From the human T2T-CHM13v2.0 reference genome, Homo sapiens: DNA of 64,000 nucleotides. The stretch lies in NCBI RefSeq assembly GCF_009914755.1, contig NC_060929.1; one strand, 5' to 3'. Every line of letters starts with the position of its first letter. The first letter of the stretch is position 1. The notes under the pieces were generated by a model. That model did not search any database, was not told where the DNA came from, and saw only the letters and a list, made by a program, of their open reading frames with translations. Below, piece after piece: positions 1 through 19,043 of the stretch. Made by a program: the position numbers and the translations under genes.

Positions 1-487
1 TGGCTAGCCAGTTTTCCCAGCACCATTTATTAAATAGGAAATCCTTTCCCCATTGCTTGTTTTTCTCAGGTTTGTCAAAGATCAGATGGTTGTAGATATG
101 CAGCGTTATTTCTGAGGGCTCTGTTATGTCCCATTGATCTATAGCTCTGTTTTGGTACCAGTACCATGATGTTTTGGTTATTGTAGACTTGTAGTATAGT
201 TTGAAGTCAGGTAGCGTGATGCCTCCAGCTTTGTTCTTTTGGCTTAGGATTGACTTGGTGATGTGGGCTCTGTTTTGGTTCCATATGAACTTTAAAGTAG
301 TTTTTTCCAGTTCTGTGAAGAAAGTCATTGGTAGCTTGATGGGGATGGCATTGAATCTATAAATTACCTTGGGCACTATGGCCATTTTCATGATATTGAT
401 TCTTCCTACCCATGAGCATGGAATGTTCTTCCATTTGTTTGTATCCTCTTTTATTTCATTGAGCAGTGGTTTGTAGTTCTCCTTGAA
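1..487 (-). mobile_element. L1PA ORF2 fragment (antisense), followed directly by a plus-strand poly(A) at 488-513; probably the inverted arm of a 5'-inverted L1 that begins left of the window
   Basis: The reverse complement matches L1 ORF2 (same sequence as ~4951-5435 of the next L1). It breaks at CCTTGAA|AATAAAAAA. Confidence 0.9.
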
Positions 488-693
488 AATAAAAAAAAAA
501 AAAAAAAAAAAAAGAAATAATCATGGAACAGGAACAGTTCCAGTTGACAGTTCCCAGTGTGAGTGACGCAGAAGATGGGTGATTTCTGTATTTCCAACTG
601 AAGTAACGGGTTCATCTCACTGGGGAGTGTCAGAAAGTGGGTGCAGGAGAGTGGGTGCAGCACACTGAGCATGAGCCAAAGCAGGGCGAGGCA

Positions 694-957
694 TCACCTC
701 ACCCGGGAAGTGCAAGGTTTCAGGGAATTCCCTTTCCTAGTCAAAGAAAGGGGTGACAGATGGCACCTGGAAAATCGTGTCACTCCCACCCTAATAGTGT
801 GCATTTCCAACAGTCTTAGCAAATGGCACACCAGGAGATTATATGCCCTGCCTGGCTCAGAGGGTCCTATGCCCACAGAGCCTCGCTCATTGCTAGCACA
901 GCAGTCTGAAATCAAACTGCAAGGAGGCAGCGAGGTTGGGGGAGGGGAACCCACCAT
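694..957 (-). CDS. L1 ORF0 homolog (antisense 5'UTR ORF), 87 codons open
   Basis: MVGSPPPTSLPPCSLISDCCASNERGSVG...IRVGVTRFSRC resembles primate ORF0 (MAGAPPPASLPPCSLISDCCASN...). ATG is CAT at 955-957. Expression unknown. Confidence 0.7.
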   Translation of the reverse strand: MVGSPPPTSLPPCSLISDCCASNERGSVGIGPSEPGRAYNLLVCHLLRLLEMHTIRVGVTRFSRCHLSPLSLTRKGNSLKPCTSRVR

Positions 958-1529
958 TGCCGAGGCGTGAGTAGGTAAACAAAGTGGCTGGGAAGCTTGA
1001 ACAGGCTGGAGCCCAGAGCAGCTCAAGGAGGCCAGCCTGCCTCTGTAGATGCCACCTCTGGGGGCAGGGTACAGCCAAACAAAAGGCAGCAGAATCCTCT
1101 GCAGACTTATATGTCCCTGTCTGACAGCTTTGAAGAGAGTAGTGGTTCTCCCAGCACGCAGCTGGAGATCTGAGAACGGACAGACTGCCTCCTCAAGTGG
1201 GTTCCTGACCCCTGAGTAGCCTAACTGGGAGGCACCCCTCCGTAGGGGCAGACTGACACCTCACATGGCTGGGTACTCCTCTGTAAAACTTCCAGAGGAA
1301 AAATCAGGCAGCAACATCTGGTGCTCACCAATATCCACTGTTCTGCAGCCTCCACTGCTGATACCCAGGCAAACAGGGTCTGGAGTGGACCTCCAGCAAA
1401 CTCCAACAGACCTGCAGCTGAGGGTCCTGACTGTCAGAAGGAAAACTAACAAACAGAAAGGACATCCACACCAAAACCCCATCTGTACGTCACCATCATC
1501 AAAGACCAAAGGTAGATAAAACCACAAAG

Positions 1530-2548
1530 ATGGGGAAAAAACAGAGCAGAAAAACTGGAAACTCTAAAAATCAAAGCACCTCTCCTCCTCCACAGGAATG
1601 CAGCTCCTCACCAGCAACAGAACAAAGCTGGACGGAGAATGACTTTGATGAGCTGAGAGAAGAAGGCTTCAGATGATCAAACTAATCCGAGCTAAAGAAG
1701 GAAGTTCGAACCCATGGCAAAGAGGTTAAAAACCTTGAAAAAAAATTAGATGAATGGCTAACTTGAATAACCAATGCAGAAAAGTCCTTAAAGGACCAGA
1801 TGGAGATGAAAACCAAGACACGAGAACTACGTGACAAACGCATAAGCCTCAGTAGCCTATTCGATCAACTGGAAGAAAGGGTATCAGTGATGGAAGATGA
1901 AATGAATGAAATGAAGTGTGAAGAGAAGTTTAGAGAAAAAAGAAAAAAAAAAGAAATGAACAAAGCCTCTGAGAAATACAGGACTATGTGAAAAGACCAA
2001 ATCTACATCTGATTGGTGTACCTGAAAGTGACAGGGAGAATGGAACCAAGTTGGAAAACACTCTGCAGGATAAGATCCAGGAGAACTTCCCCAATCTAGC
2101 AAGGCAGGCCAACATTCAGATTCAGGAAATACAGAGAACACCACAAAGATACTCCTCGAGAAGAGCAACCCCAAGACACATAATTGTCAGATTCACCAAA
2201 GTTGAAATGAAGGAAAAAATGTTAAGGGCAGCCAGAGAGAAAGGTCGGGTTACCCACAAAGGGAAGTCCATCAGACTAAAAGCTGATCTCTCAGCAGAAA
2301 CTCTACAAGCCAGAAGAGAGTGGGGGCCAATATTCAACACTCTTAAAGAAAAGAATTTTCAACCCAGAATTTCATATCCAGCCAAACTAAGCTTCATAAG
2401 GGAAGGAGAAATAAAATCCTTTACAGACAAGCAAATGCTGAGAGATTTTGTCACCACCAGGCCTGCCCTAAAAGAGCTCCTGAAGGAAGCACTAAACATG
2501 GAAAGGAACAACTGGTACCAGCCGCTGCAAAATCATGCCAAACTGTAA
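1530..2548 (+). pseudogene. L1 ORF1p, disrupted by stops and frameshifts
   Basis: ATGGGGAAAAAACAG start. The C-terminal piece 1988-2548 reads KRPNLHLIGVPE...YPAKLSF...HAKL. In-frame stops lie upstream. Confidence 0.93.
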
Positions 2549-2611
2549 AGACCATCAAGGCTAGGAAGAAACTGCATCAACTAGGGAGCAAAATAACCAG
2601 CTAACATCATA

Positions 2612-6330
<3,719 letters not shown>

Positions 6331-6658
6331 ACAATGAGAACACATGGACACAGGAAGGGGAACTTCACACACTGGGACCTGTTGTGGGGTGGGGGGAAGG
6401 GGAGGGAAAGCATTAGGAGATATAACTAATGTTAACGAGTTAATGGGTGCAGCACACCAACATGGCACATGTATACATATGTAACTTACCTGCATGTTGT
6501 GCACATGTACCCCAAAAGTTAAAGTGTAATTAAAAAAAAAGAAGAAAAAGAAGAAATAATCACATCAAAATTCAGAAGCAGATTTGTTGGAGACAAAGAG
6601 CTGGCTTTGGATTGTAGAGCTAAGAATTTAAATTACATTTAAAAATCTATATTATACA

Positions 6659-7073
6659 TGTTAAACAGAAAAAAATAGAGACCATAATTTAGATATACCA
6701 CATGGCTAACTGCTCATAGCCATGTAACCAAAACTTAAATTATTGTGATTCATGCAAAATGCGACTTCTAATAGTAAATGAAACACAAAAGATAAACCTT
6801 ACATCTTTGTCAGCATGATTCAATGAAATTGAACCAATGAGCTATAGACAAATAGACTTAAACATTTCTACTTGCACTAAAAAGAGTGATGCTGTATAAC
6901 AACCAATCACAATAAAGGTCAAAATACTTTCCCCTTTATGCTTTATAAGTGGCATCATAACTGCTGAGTGGGGCGTTTTACAACCATCAGTTTCCCAGTT
7001 CTCAGACTCTTCTTTTGCATGTACCATAAACTTTAAAACAGTTCTCTAACTTGCCTTGATTTTATTTTTGACA
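6659..7073 (+). mobile_element. Probable old solo LTR (ERV1-class, family uncertain)
   Basis: TG...CA ends, ~415 bp, two CCAAT boxes, TATAA and a poly(A)-signal-like ATAAA. No clean TSD. Confidence 0.45.
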
Positions 7074-7124
7074 CATTTAAAACAGATAAGGATGAAACTC
7101 TGGCATTTAAAAAAACTGAATAAA

Positions 7125-7567
7125 TTTTCTAATGCTGCTGTGGTAAATTACCACAAATTTAATGGCTTAAAACAGCACTAATTTATTATTCTCTTAGTTC
7201 TGGAGATCAGATGTCTGAAACAGGTTTCATTTGGCTCAAATGAAGGTGTCAGTAGGACTGTGTTCCTTCTGAAGGCTCTAGGGGAGAATCCCTTTCTTTG
7301 CCTTCTCCAGCTTCTAGAGGATGAATTCTTCTGCAAGGAATGCCTACATTCCTTGACTTGTGGTCCCTTCCTCCCTCCTCGGCAATAAATGGGAGGCTGA
7401 ACCCTTCTCACATTAAATCAGTCAGACTCTGACTCTCTTTCCAGGACCCCTGTGATAACATTGGATCCACCTGAATAATCCAGGATCAGCTCTCTATTTT
7501 ATAATCAACTAATTAGCAACCTTAGTTCCATATGCAACCTTAATTTTCCTTTGCCATGTAAGGTAAC
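7125..7567 (-). mobile_element. MLT1 (MaLR) LTR, left part; split by an L1
   Basis: AAATTACCACAAATTTAATGGCTTAAAACA and GGCTCTAGGGGAGAATCC are MLT1-type. It continues at 14016. Confidence 0.8.
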
Positions 7568-10500
7568 TTTTTTTTTCTTTATTTTTAGTTGTACTTTAAG
7601 TTCTGGGGTACATGTGCAGAATGTGCAGGTTTGTTACATAGGTATACATGTGCCTTTGTGGTTTGCTACACCCATCAACTTGTCATCTACATTAGGTATT
7701 TATCTTAATGCTATCCCTCACATAGCCCCCCACCCCCTGAGGCCCCGGTGTGTGATGTACCCCTCATTGTGTCCATGTGTTCTTATTGTTCAACTCCCAC
7801 CTATGAGTGAGAACATGTGGTGTTTGGTTTTCTGTCCTGTGATAGTTTGCTGAGAATGATGGCTTCCAGCTTCATCCATGTCCCTGCAAAGGACATGAAC
7901 TCATCCTTTTTTTGGCTGCATAGTATTCCATGGTGTACATGTGCCCCATTTTTTTATCCAGTCTATCATTGATGTACATTTGGGTTTGTTCCAAGTCTTT
8001 GCTAGTGTGAACAATGCCACAATAAACATATGGGTGCATGTGTCTTTATAGTAGAATGATTTATAATCCTTTGGGTATATACCCTGTAATGGGATGGCTG
8101 AGTCAAATGGTATTTGTAGTTCTAGATCCTTGAGGAATTGCCACACTGTCTTCCACAATGGTTGAACTAATTTAACTCCCACCAGCAGTGTAAAAGCTTT
8201 CCTATTTCTCCACATCCTCTCCAGCATCTGTTGTTTCCTGACTTTTTAATAATTGTGATTCTAACTGGCATGAGATTGTATCTCATTGTGGTTTTGATTT
8301 GCATTTGTATAATGACCAGTGATGATGACCTTTTTTGTCATATGTTTGTTGGCTGCATAAATGTCTTCTTTTGAGGAGTGTCTGTTCATATCCTTTGCCC
8401 ACTTTTTGATGGGTTTTTTTTTTGTTGTTGTGAATTTAAGTTCTTTGTAGATTCTGGATATTAGCCCTTTGTCAGATGGATAGGTTGCAAAAATTTTCTC
8501 CCATTCTGTAGGTGGCCTGTTCACTCTGATGGTAGTTTCTTTTGCTGCGCAGAAGCTCTTTAGTTTGATCAGATCCCGTTTGTCTATTTTGGCTTTTGTT
8601 TCCATTGCTTTTGGTGTTTTAGTCATGAAGTCTTTTCGCATGCTTATGTACTGAATGGTATTGGCTAAGATTTCTTCTAGGGTTTTTATGGTTTTAGGTC
8701 TTACATTTAAGTCTTTAATCCATCTTGAATTAATTTTTTTATAAGGTGTAAGGAAGAGATCCAGTTTCAGCTTTCTGCCTATGGCTAGCCAGTTTTCCCA
8801 ACACCATTTATTAAATAAAGAATCCTTTCCCCATTTCTTGTTTTTGTCAGGTTTGTCAAAGATCAGATGGTTGTAGAAGTGTGGCATTATTTCTGAGGTC
8901 TCTGTTCTGTTCCATTGGTCTATATATCTGTTTTGGTATCAGTATCATGCTGTTTTTGTTACTGTAACCTTGTAGCGTAGTTTGAAGTCAGGTAGCATGA
9001 TGCCTCCAGCTTTGTTCTTTTTGCTTAGCATTGTCTTGGCTATGCAGGCTGTTTTTTGGTTCCATATGAACTTTAAAGTAGTTTTTTCCAATTCTGTGAA
9101 GAAAGTCAATGGTAGCTTGATGGGTATAACATTGAATCTATAAATTACTTTGGGCATTATGGCTATTTATTGATATTGATTCTGCCTATTCATGAGCATG
9201 GAATGTTTTTCCATTTGTTTGTGTCCTCTCTTATTTCCTTGAGCAGTGGTTTGTAGTTCTCCTTGAAGAGGTCCTTCACATCCCTTGTAAGTTGGATCCC
9301 TAGGTATTTTATTCTCTTTGTAGCAATTGTCAATGGGAGTTCACTCAAGATTTGGCTCTCTGATTGTCTGTTATTGTTGTATAGGAATGCTTGTGGTTTT
9401 TGCACATTGATTTTGTATCCTGAGACTTTGCTGAAGTTGCTTATCAGCTTAAGGAGATTTTGGGCTGAGACGTTGGGTTTTCTATATATACAATCATGTC
9501 ATCTGCAAACAGAGATATTTTGACTGCCTCTTTTCCTAATTGAATACCCTTTCTTCCTTTTTTTTGCCTGATTGCCCTGGCCAGAACTTCCAATAGTATG
9601 TTGAATAGGAGTGGTGAGAGAGAGCATCCTTGTCTTGTGCTGGTTACCAAAGGGAATGCTTCTGGGTTTTTACCATTCAGTATGATATAGGCTGTGTGAT
9701 TGTCATAAATAGCTCTTATTATTTTGAGATATGTTCCATCAATGCCTCGTTTATTTAGAGTTTTTAGCATGAAAGGCTGTTGAATTCTGTCAAAGGCCTT
9801 TTCTGCATCTACTGAGAAAATCATGTGGTTTTTGTCATTGGTTCTGTTTATGTGATGGATTATGTTTATTTATTTGCATACATTGTACCAGCCTTGCATC
9901 TTGGGGATGAAGCCGACTTGATCATGGTGGATACGCTTTTTGATGTGCTGCTGGGTTTGGTTTGCCAGTATTTTATTGAGGATTTTTGCATTGATGTTCA
10001 TCAGGGATATTGGCCTGAAATTTTCTTTTTGTTGTGTCTCTGCCAGGTTTTGGCATCAGGATGATGCTGGCCTCTAAAAATGAGTTAGGGAGGATTCCCT
10101 CTTTTTCTATTGTTTGGAATAGTTTCAGAAGGAATGGTACCAGCTCCTCTTTGTACCTCTGGTAGAATTTGGCTGTGAGTCTGTCTTGTCCTGGACCTTT
10201 TTTGGTTGGTAGGCTATTAATTGCTGCCTCAATTTCAGAACTTGTTATTGATCTATTTAGGGATTCAACTTCTTCCTGGTTTGGACTTGGGAGGGTGTAT
10301 GTGTCCAGGAATTTATCCATTTCTTCTAGATTTTCTAGTTTATTTGCATAGAGGTGTTTATAGTATTCTCTGATGGTAGTTTGTATTTCCATGGGATTGA
10401 TGGTGATATCCCCTTTATCACTTTTCATTGCACCTATTTGATTCTTCTCTCTTTTCTTCTTTATTAGTCTGGCTAGGGGTCTATCTATTTTGTTGATCTT

Positions 10501-13500
10501 TTCAAAAAAGCAGCTCTTGGATTCATTGATTTTTTTTGAATGGTATTTTCTGTCTCTATCTCCTTCAGTTCCATTCTGATCTTAGTTATTTCTTCTCTAC
10601 TGCTAGCTTTTGAATTTGTTTGCTCTTGGTTCTCTAGTCCTTTTAATTATGATGTTATGGTGTTGATTTTACATCTTTCTTGCTTTCTCTTGTGGGCATT
10701 TAGTGCTATAAATTTCCCTTTAAACACTGCTTTAGCTGTGTCCCAGAGATTCTGGTACATTGTGTGTTTGTTCTCATTGGTTTCAAAGAACTTATTTATT
10801 TCTGCCTTCATTTCATTATCTACTCAGTAGTCATTCAGGAGCCTTTTGTTCAGTTTCCATGTAGTTGAGCGGTTTTGAGTGAGTTTCTTAATCCTGAGTT
10901 CTAATTTGATTGCACTGTATTCTGAGAGACTGTTTGTTGTGATTTCCGTTCTTTTGCATTTGCTTAGGAGTGCTTTACTTTGAATTATGTGGTCAATTTT
11001 AGAATAAGTGCAATGTGGTGTTGAGAAGAATTTATATTCTGTTAATTTGGGGTGGAGAGTTCTGTAGATGTCTATTAGGTCTGCTTGGTCCAGAACTGAG
11101 TTCAAGTCCTGAATATCCTTGCTAATTTTCTGTCTCATTGATCTGTCTAATATTGACAGTGGGGTGTTAAAGTCTCCCACTATTATTGTTTGGGAGTCTT
11201 AGTCTCTTTGTAGGTCTCTACGAACTTGCTTTATGAATCTGGGTGCTGCTGTATTGGGTGCATATATTTAGGATAGTTAGCTTTTCTTGCTGCATTGATC
11301 CTTTTACCATTATGTAATGGCCTTCTTTGTCTCTTTTGATCTTTTTTGGTTTAAAGTCTGTTTTATCAGAGATTAGGCTTGCAACTCCTGCTTTTTTTTG
11401 CTTTCCATTTTGTTTTTTTGGTAAATATTACTCCATCCCTTTATTTTGAGCCTATGTGTGTCTTTGCACGTGAGATGGATCTTCTGAATATAGCACACTG
11501 ATGGGTCTTGACTCTTTATTCAATTGCCCATCTGTGTCTTTTAATTGGGGCATTTAGCTCTTTTACATTTAAGGTTAATATTGTTATGTGTGAATTTGAT
11601 CCTGCCATTTTGATGCTGGCTGGTCATTTTGCCTGTTAGTTTACATAGTTTCTTCATACCCTCAATGGTCTTTACCATTTGGTATGATTTTGTCGTGGCT
11701 GGTACCAGTTGTTCCTTTCAATGTTTAGTGCCTCCTTCAGGAGCTCTTGTAGAGCAGACCTGGTAACGACAAAATCTCTCAGCATTTCCTTGCTATAAAG
11801 GATTTTATTTCTCTTTCACTTATGAAGCTTAGTTTGGCTGGACAAGAAATTCTGTGTTGAAAATTCTTTTCTTTAAGAATGTTGAATATTGGCCCCCACT
11901 CTCTTCTGGCTTGTAGGGTTTCTGCTGAGGGATCCACTGTTAATCTGATGGGCTTCCCTTTGTGGGTAACCTGACCTTTCTCTCTGGCTGCCCTTAATAT
12001 TTTGTCCTTCATTTCAACCTTGGTGAATCTGACAATTGTGTGTCTTGGAGTTGCTCTTCTAGAGGAGTATCTTTGTGGTGTTCTCTGTATTTCTGGAATT
12101 TGAATGCTGGTCTGTCTTGCTAAGTTGGGGAAATTCCTCTAGATAGTATCCTGAAGAGTGTTTTCCAACTTGATTCCATTCTCTGCATCACTTTCAGGTA
12201 CACCAATCAAATGTAGATTTTGTCTTTTCACATAGTCCCATATTCTTGGCAGCTTTTTTCATTTCTTTTTACTCTTTTTTCTCTAATCTTGTTTTCTTGC
12301 TTTATTTTATTGAGTTTATCTTCAATCTCTGATATCCTTTCTTCCACTTGATTGATTTTGCTATTGATACATGTGTATGCCTCACGGAGTTCTCATGCTG
12401 TGTTTTTCAGCTCCATCAGGTCATTTATTTTCTTCTTTAAACTCGTTATTCTAGTTAGCAATTTGTCTAACCTTTTTTCAAGGTTCTTAGCTTCCTTGCA
12501 TTGGGTTAGAACATGCTTCTTTAGCTCGGAGGAGTTTGTTATTACCCACCTTCTAAAGCCTACTTCTGTCAATTTGTCAAACTCATTCTCCATCCAGTTT
12601 TATTCCCTTGTTGGTAAGGAGTTGTGATCCTTTGGAGGAGAAAAGAGGTTCTGGCTTTTGGAATTTTCAAACTGTTTGCACTGGTTTCTCCCCATATTCA
12701 TGGACTTATCTACCTTTGGTCTTTGAGGTCGGTGACCTTCAGATGGGGTCTCTGAGTGGACATCCTTTTGTTGATGTTGATACTATTTCTTTCTGTTTGT
12801 TTGTTTTCCTTCTAACAGTCAGGCACCTGTGCTGCAGGTCTGCTGGAGTTTGTTGAAGGTCCGCTCCAGACCCTGTTTGCCTGGGTATCACTGGTGCAGG
12901 CTGCAGACCAGCAAAGATTGCTACCTTTTCCTTCCTCTGGAATCTTTTTCCCGGAGGGGCACCTGCCAGATGCCAGCCAGAGCTCTCCTGTATGAGGTGT
13001 CTGTCAGCCCCTACTGGGAGGTGTCTCTAGTCAGGATATATGGGGGTCAGGGACCCACTTGAGGAGGCAATCTGCCCCTTATCAGAGCTCGAATGCTGTG
13101 CTGGTAGATCCGCTGTTCTCTTCAGAGCTGCCAGGTAGGTACATTTAAGTCTGCTGAAGCTGCACCCACAGCCGCCCCTTCCCCCAGGTGCTCTGTACCA
13201 GCGAGTTGGGGGTTTTGTCTATAAGTGCCTGACTGGGGCTGCTGCCATTTTTTTCAGAGATGCCCTGCCCAGAGAGGAGGCAGTCTGGCCGCAGTGGCAT
13301 TGCTGAGCTGGGGTGGGCTCTGCCTAGTTCCAACTTCCCTGCAACTTTGTTTACACTGTGAGGGTGAAACCACCTACTCAAGCCTCAGCAATGGCGGACA
13401 CCCCTCCCCCCTATCAAGCTTGAACATCTCAGGTAGAGCTCAGACTGCTGTGCTGGTGCAAGAATTTCAAGCCAGTGGATCTTAGCTTGCTGGGCTCCAT

Positions 13501-14008
13501 GGGGGTGGGACCTGCCAAGTCAGACCACCTGGCTCCCTGGCTTCAGACCCCTTTCCAGAGGAGTGAAGGGTTCTGTCTTGCTGGTGTTCCAGGCACCACT
13601 GGGGTATGAAAAAAACTCCTGCTGCTAGCTTGGTGTCTGTCCAAATGGCCACCCCGATTTGTGCTGAAAACCCAGGGGCCCTGGTGGTATAGGCACCGGA
13701 AGGAATCTCCCGGTCTGTGGTTTGTGAAGACTGTGGGAAAAGCACATTATCTGGGCCAGCGTGCATGGTACAGTCCCTAATGGCTTCCCTTGGCTGGGAG
13801 AGGGAGTTCCCTGGCCCCTTGTGCTTCCTGGGTAAGGCAATGCCCCATCCTGCTTTGGCTCACCCTCCATGGGCTACAGCCACTGTCCAGCCAGTCCCAA
13901 TGAGATGAACTGGGTCCTAGTTGTAAATGCAGAAATCAACCACCTTCTGCATCAATCTCACTGGGAGCTTCAGACGGGAGCTATTCCTATTTGGCCATCT
14001 TGCCAGCC
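7568..14008 (-). mobile_element. Full-length LINE-1 (L1PA7-like), inactive
   Basis: Poly(T) at left, ORF2 and ORF1 fragments on the minus strand, 5' end GGCTGGCAAGATGGCCAAATAGG. TSD AGGTAAC at 7561-7567 and 14009-14015. Confidence 0.96.
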
Positions 14009-14015
14009 AGGTAAC

Positions 14016-14093
14016 ATTTTCAAAGGTTACAGGGATTATAATGTGAACATCTTTGCAGGGAGTAGGAGTGGTGGTCATTATTCTGGCTACTAT
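14016..14093 (-). mobile_element. MLT1 LTR, right part
   Basis: GGTTACAGGGATTATAATGTGAACATCTTTG...CATTATTCTGGCTACTATA continues the LTR broken at 7567. Confidence 0.7.
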
Positions 14094-15172
14094 AATTGTT
14101 ATCAATTTAACTTTTATTGTTAATGCAAACCATTAATTTTACTGAAGGAGACGAGATGGTCCGCAATATGATGAAAATCTTTGTACAGTTGTGTCAGTTA
14201 TAAGATTAGAGGTATATTAAGTAAGAAACACTAAGAAGGTAGGAGACATGAGTTGGGTTTTGGGTCTGCTTGGTGCTCCTAAGTGGCTAAACTGGTCTGC
14301 TGGATCCATTGGGCCACTACTCATGCTGGCCAATATATTGCAGACCTGAATGCCATACTAATCAAAGTCCATATTTTTCCTGAATCAATAGTTACAAAAT
14401 GCCACCTAAAAATCATACAGTAGTTTAAAAAATGGAGGTAGAATTTTCTCTTACCCTGACAAGTCCTTTATTGAAATTAGCACTAAGTCTGTTTTCTCCT
14501 TAGATGTAGATAAAATGTCGAATGAAAATGTACAGTGGTAAAATTTCAGTATTTCTTCACTTTGTAATTCAGTGAGAAACTGGAGATGCCAGACTTGGAT
14601 GTTGTCTCTTCTACCTTTTCTGGCTAATTCACATGATTATTAACAAACTGACAGAGAGGCCAAGGCTTGATCACATCCTGGAAGAGTGGTAGCACTACAG
14701 TGATATTTCAAAAGGGCATAAGACTTGTACTTACCAGGGCAGAAGAGAAAGGGGGTTCAAAAAGTAATGGGGGAAAAAAAGAGAACAAGAATATTTTAAA
14801 AAGCCAGTAAGAATAAAAATGTAAAAATACAGTCTAATGATATATAACAAAAACAACAAAAGAGGAGAAAAAGTTACACAAGGAAAATAATAGTTACACA
14901 GAAAGTGCAGAAACTTAATGGAGTTTGAGGAAAAACAGATGTAGGGGAAAAAAGTACAGACACCCAGCATTGGGCAATGCAAGAGAAAGTCCAGTAAAAT
15001 GGTGAAGTAAATGTGAGCCAGAACATAACAAAGGTTAAAATAATGTTTGTTTTGCTTAGCCTTAATAATAGGAAAGGGTCTTGCTGCCTTCTTATAGTTT
15101 TCCGTCCAAAAATAAAAATTTATTGCCAGTTCTACAATGCCTAAGACAGCCATTCATTCCTAAAAATTTCTA

Positions 15173-15475
15173 TTTTTTTTTTTTTTTTTTTTTTGAGATG
15201 GAGTCTCGCTGTGTCACCCAGGCTGGAATCCAGTGGTGTGATCTCAGCTCACTGCAAGCTCTGCCTCCTGGATTCATGCCATTCTCCTGTCTCAGCCTCC
15301 TGATTAGCTGGGATTACAGGCACCCACCACCACACCCAGCTAATTTTTTGTATTTTTAGTAGAGACTGGGTTTCACCATGTTAGCTAGGATGGTCTCAAT
15401 CTCCTGACCTGGTGATCCACCTGCCTCGGCCTCCTAAAGTGCTGGGATTACAGTTGTGAGCCACTGCTCCCAGCC
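15173..15475 (-). mobile_element. Alu (AluY/Sc-like)
   Basis: Dimeric Alu with poly(T); TSD AAAAATTTCTA. Confidence 0.95.
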
Positions 15476-15628
15476 AAAAATTTCTAGTTTCATATTGTCA
15501 TTTGAAAGAGTTTTTGGGAGTTTATTACTATATGTTTTTTGAGTGAGTAGAGACAAAATGTGTTCAGACATGTAAAATTATCACATGAGGTAATCTTCCT
15601 GCTAAGAGATGAACAAAATATAGATTGG

Positions 15629-15994
15629 TGATATGCTCTGGCTCTATGTCCCCACCCAAATCTCACCTTGTAGCTCCCATAAGTCCCAAATGTTGTGGAA
15701 GGGACCTAGTGGGAGATGACTGAATTATGGGGGTGAGTCTTTCCCATGCTGTTCTCATGATAGTGAATGGGTCTCACGAGATCTGATGGTTTTATAAATG
15801 GGAGTTTCTCTGCACAATCTCTCTCTTTGCCTGCTGCCATCCATGTAAGATGTGACTTGCCCCTCTTTGCCTTCCACAATAATTGTGAGGCCTCCCCAGC
15901 CATGTAGAACTGTAAGTCCAATAAACCTCTTTCTTCTGTAAATTGCCTGGTCTCAGGTATGTCTTTACCAGCAGCATGAAAATAGACTAATACA
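15629..15994 (+). mobile_element. THE1 solo LTR (THE1C/D-like)
   Basis: TGATATG...GTCCCCACCCAAATCTCA...GACTAATACA. 5-bp TSD ATTGG/GTTGG. Confidence 0.92.
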
Positions 15995-16109
15995 GTTGGC
16001 ATAGAACTTGGCTAAACACTGAGGCCTGTGTATTTAGGCATAGTTGAGACATGTACTGCTTGCAAGCAGAGATATGGAGAAAATAACATTTCGGGGCCCT
16101 TCTAGTCTT

Positions 16110-16414
16110 TTTTTTTTTTTTTTGAGATGGAGTATTGCTCTGTCACCCAGGCTGCAGTGCAGTGGCACAATCTCAGCTAACTGCAACCTCTGCCTCCTGG
16201 GTTCAAGCAATTCTCCTGCCTCATCCTCCCTAGTATCTGGAAATATACGCATGCACCACCATGCCCGGCTAATTTTTGTGCTTTTTTTTTTTTTAGTAGA
16301 GATGGGGTTTCACCACGTTGGCCAGGCTGGTCTCAAAATCCTGACCTCAGGTGATCCATCCACCTTGGCCTCCCAAAGTGTTGAGATTACAGATGTGAGC
16401 CACAGCACCCAGCC
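16110..16414 (-). mobile_element. AluS
   Basis: Dimeric Alu; TSD CCCTTCTAGTCTT at 16097-16109 and 16415-16427. Confidence 0.95.
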
Positions 16415-16452
16415 CCCTTCTAGTCTTAAAATGACTGTTAAGATTACAATCT

Positions 16453-19043
<2,591 letters not shown>

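Noticed and set aside
14731-15153. 140-aa hydrophobic minus-strand ORF
   Set aside because: It arises from an A/G-rich low-complexity plus strand, has no ATG start, and resembles no protein I recognise.
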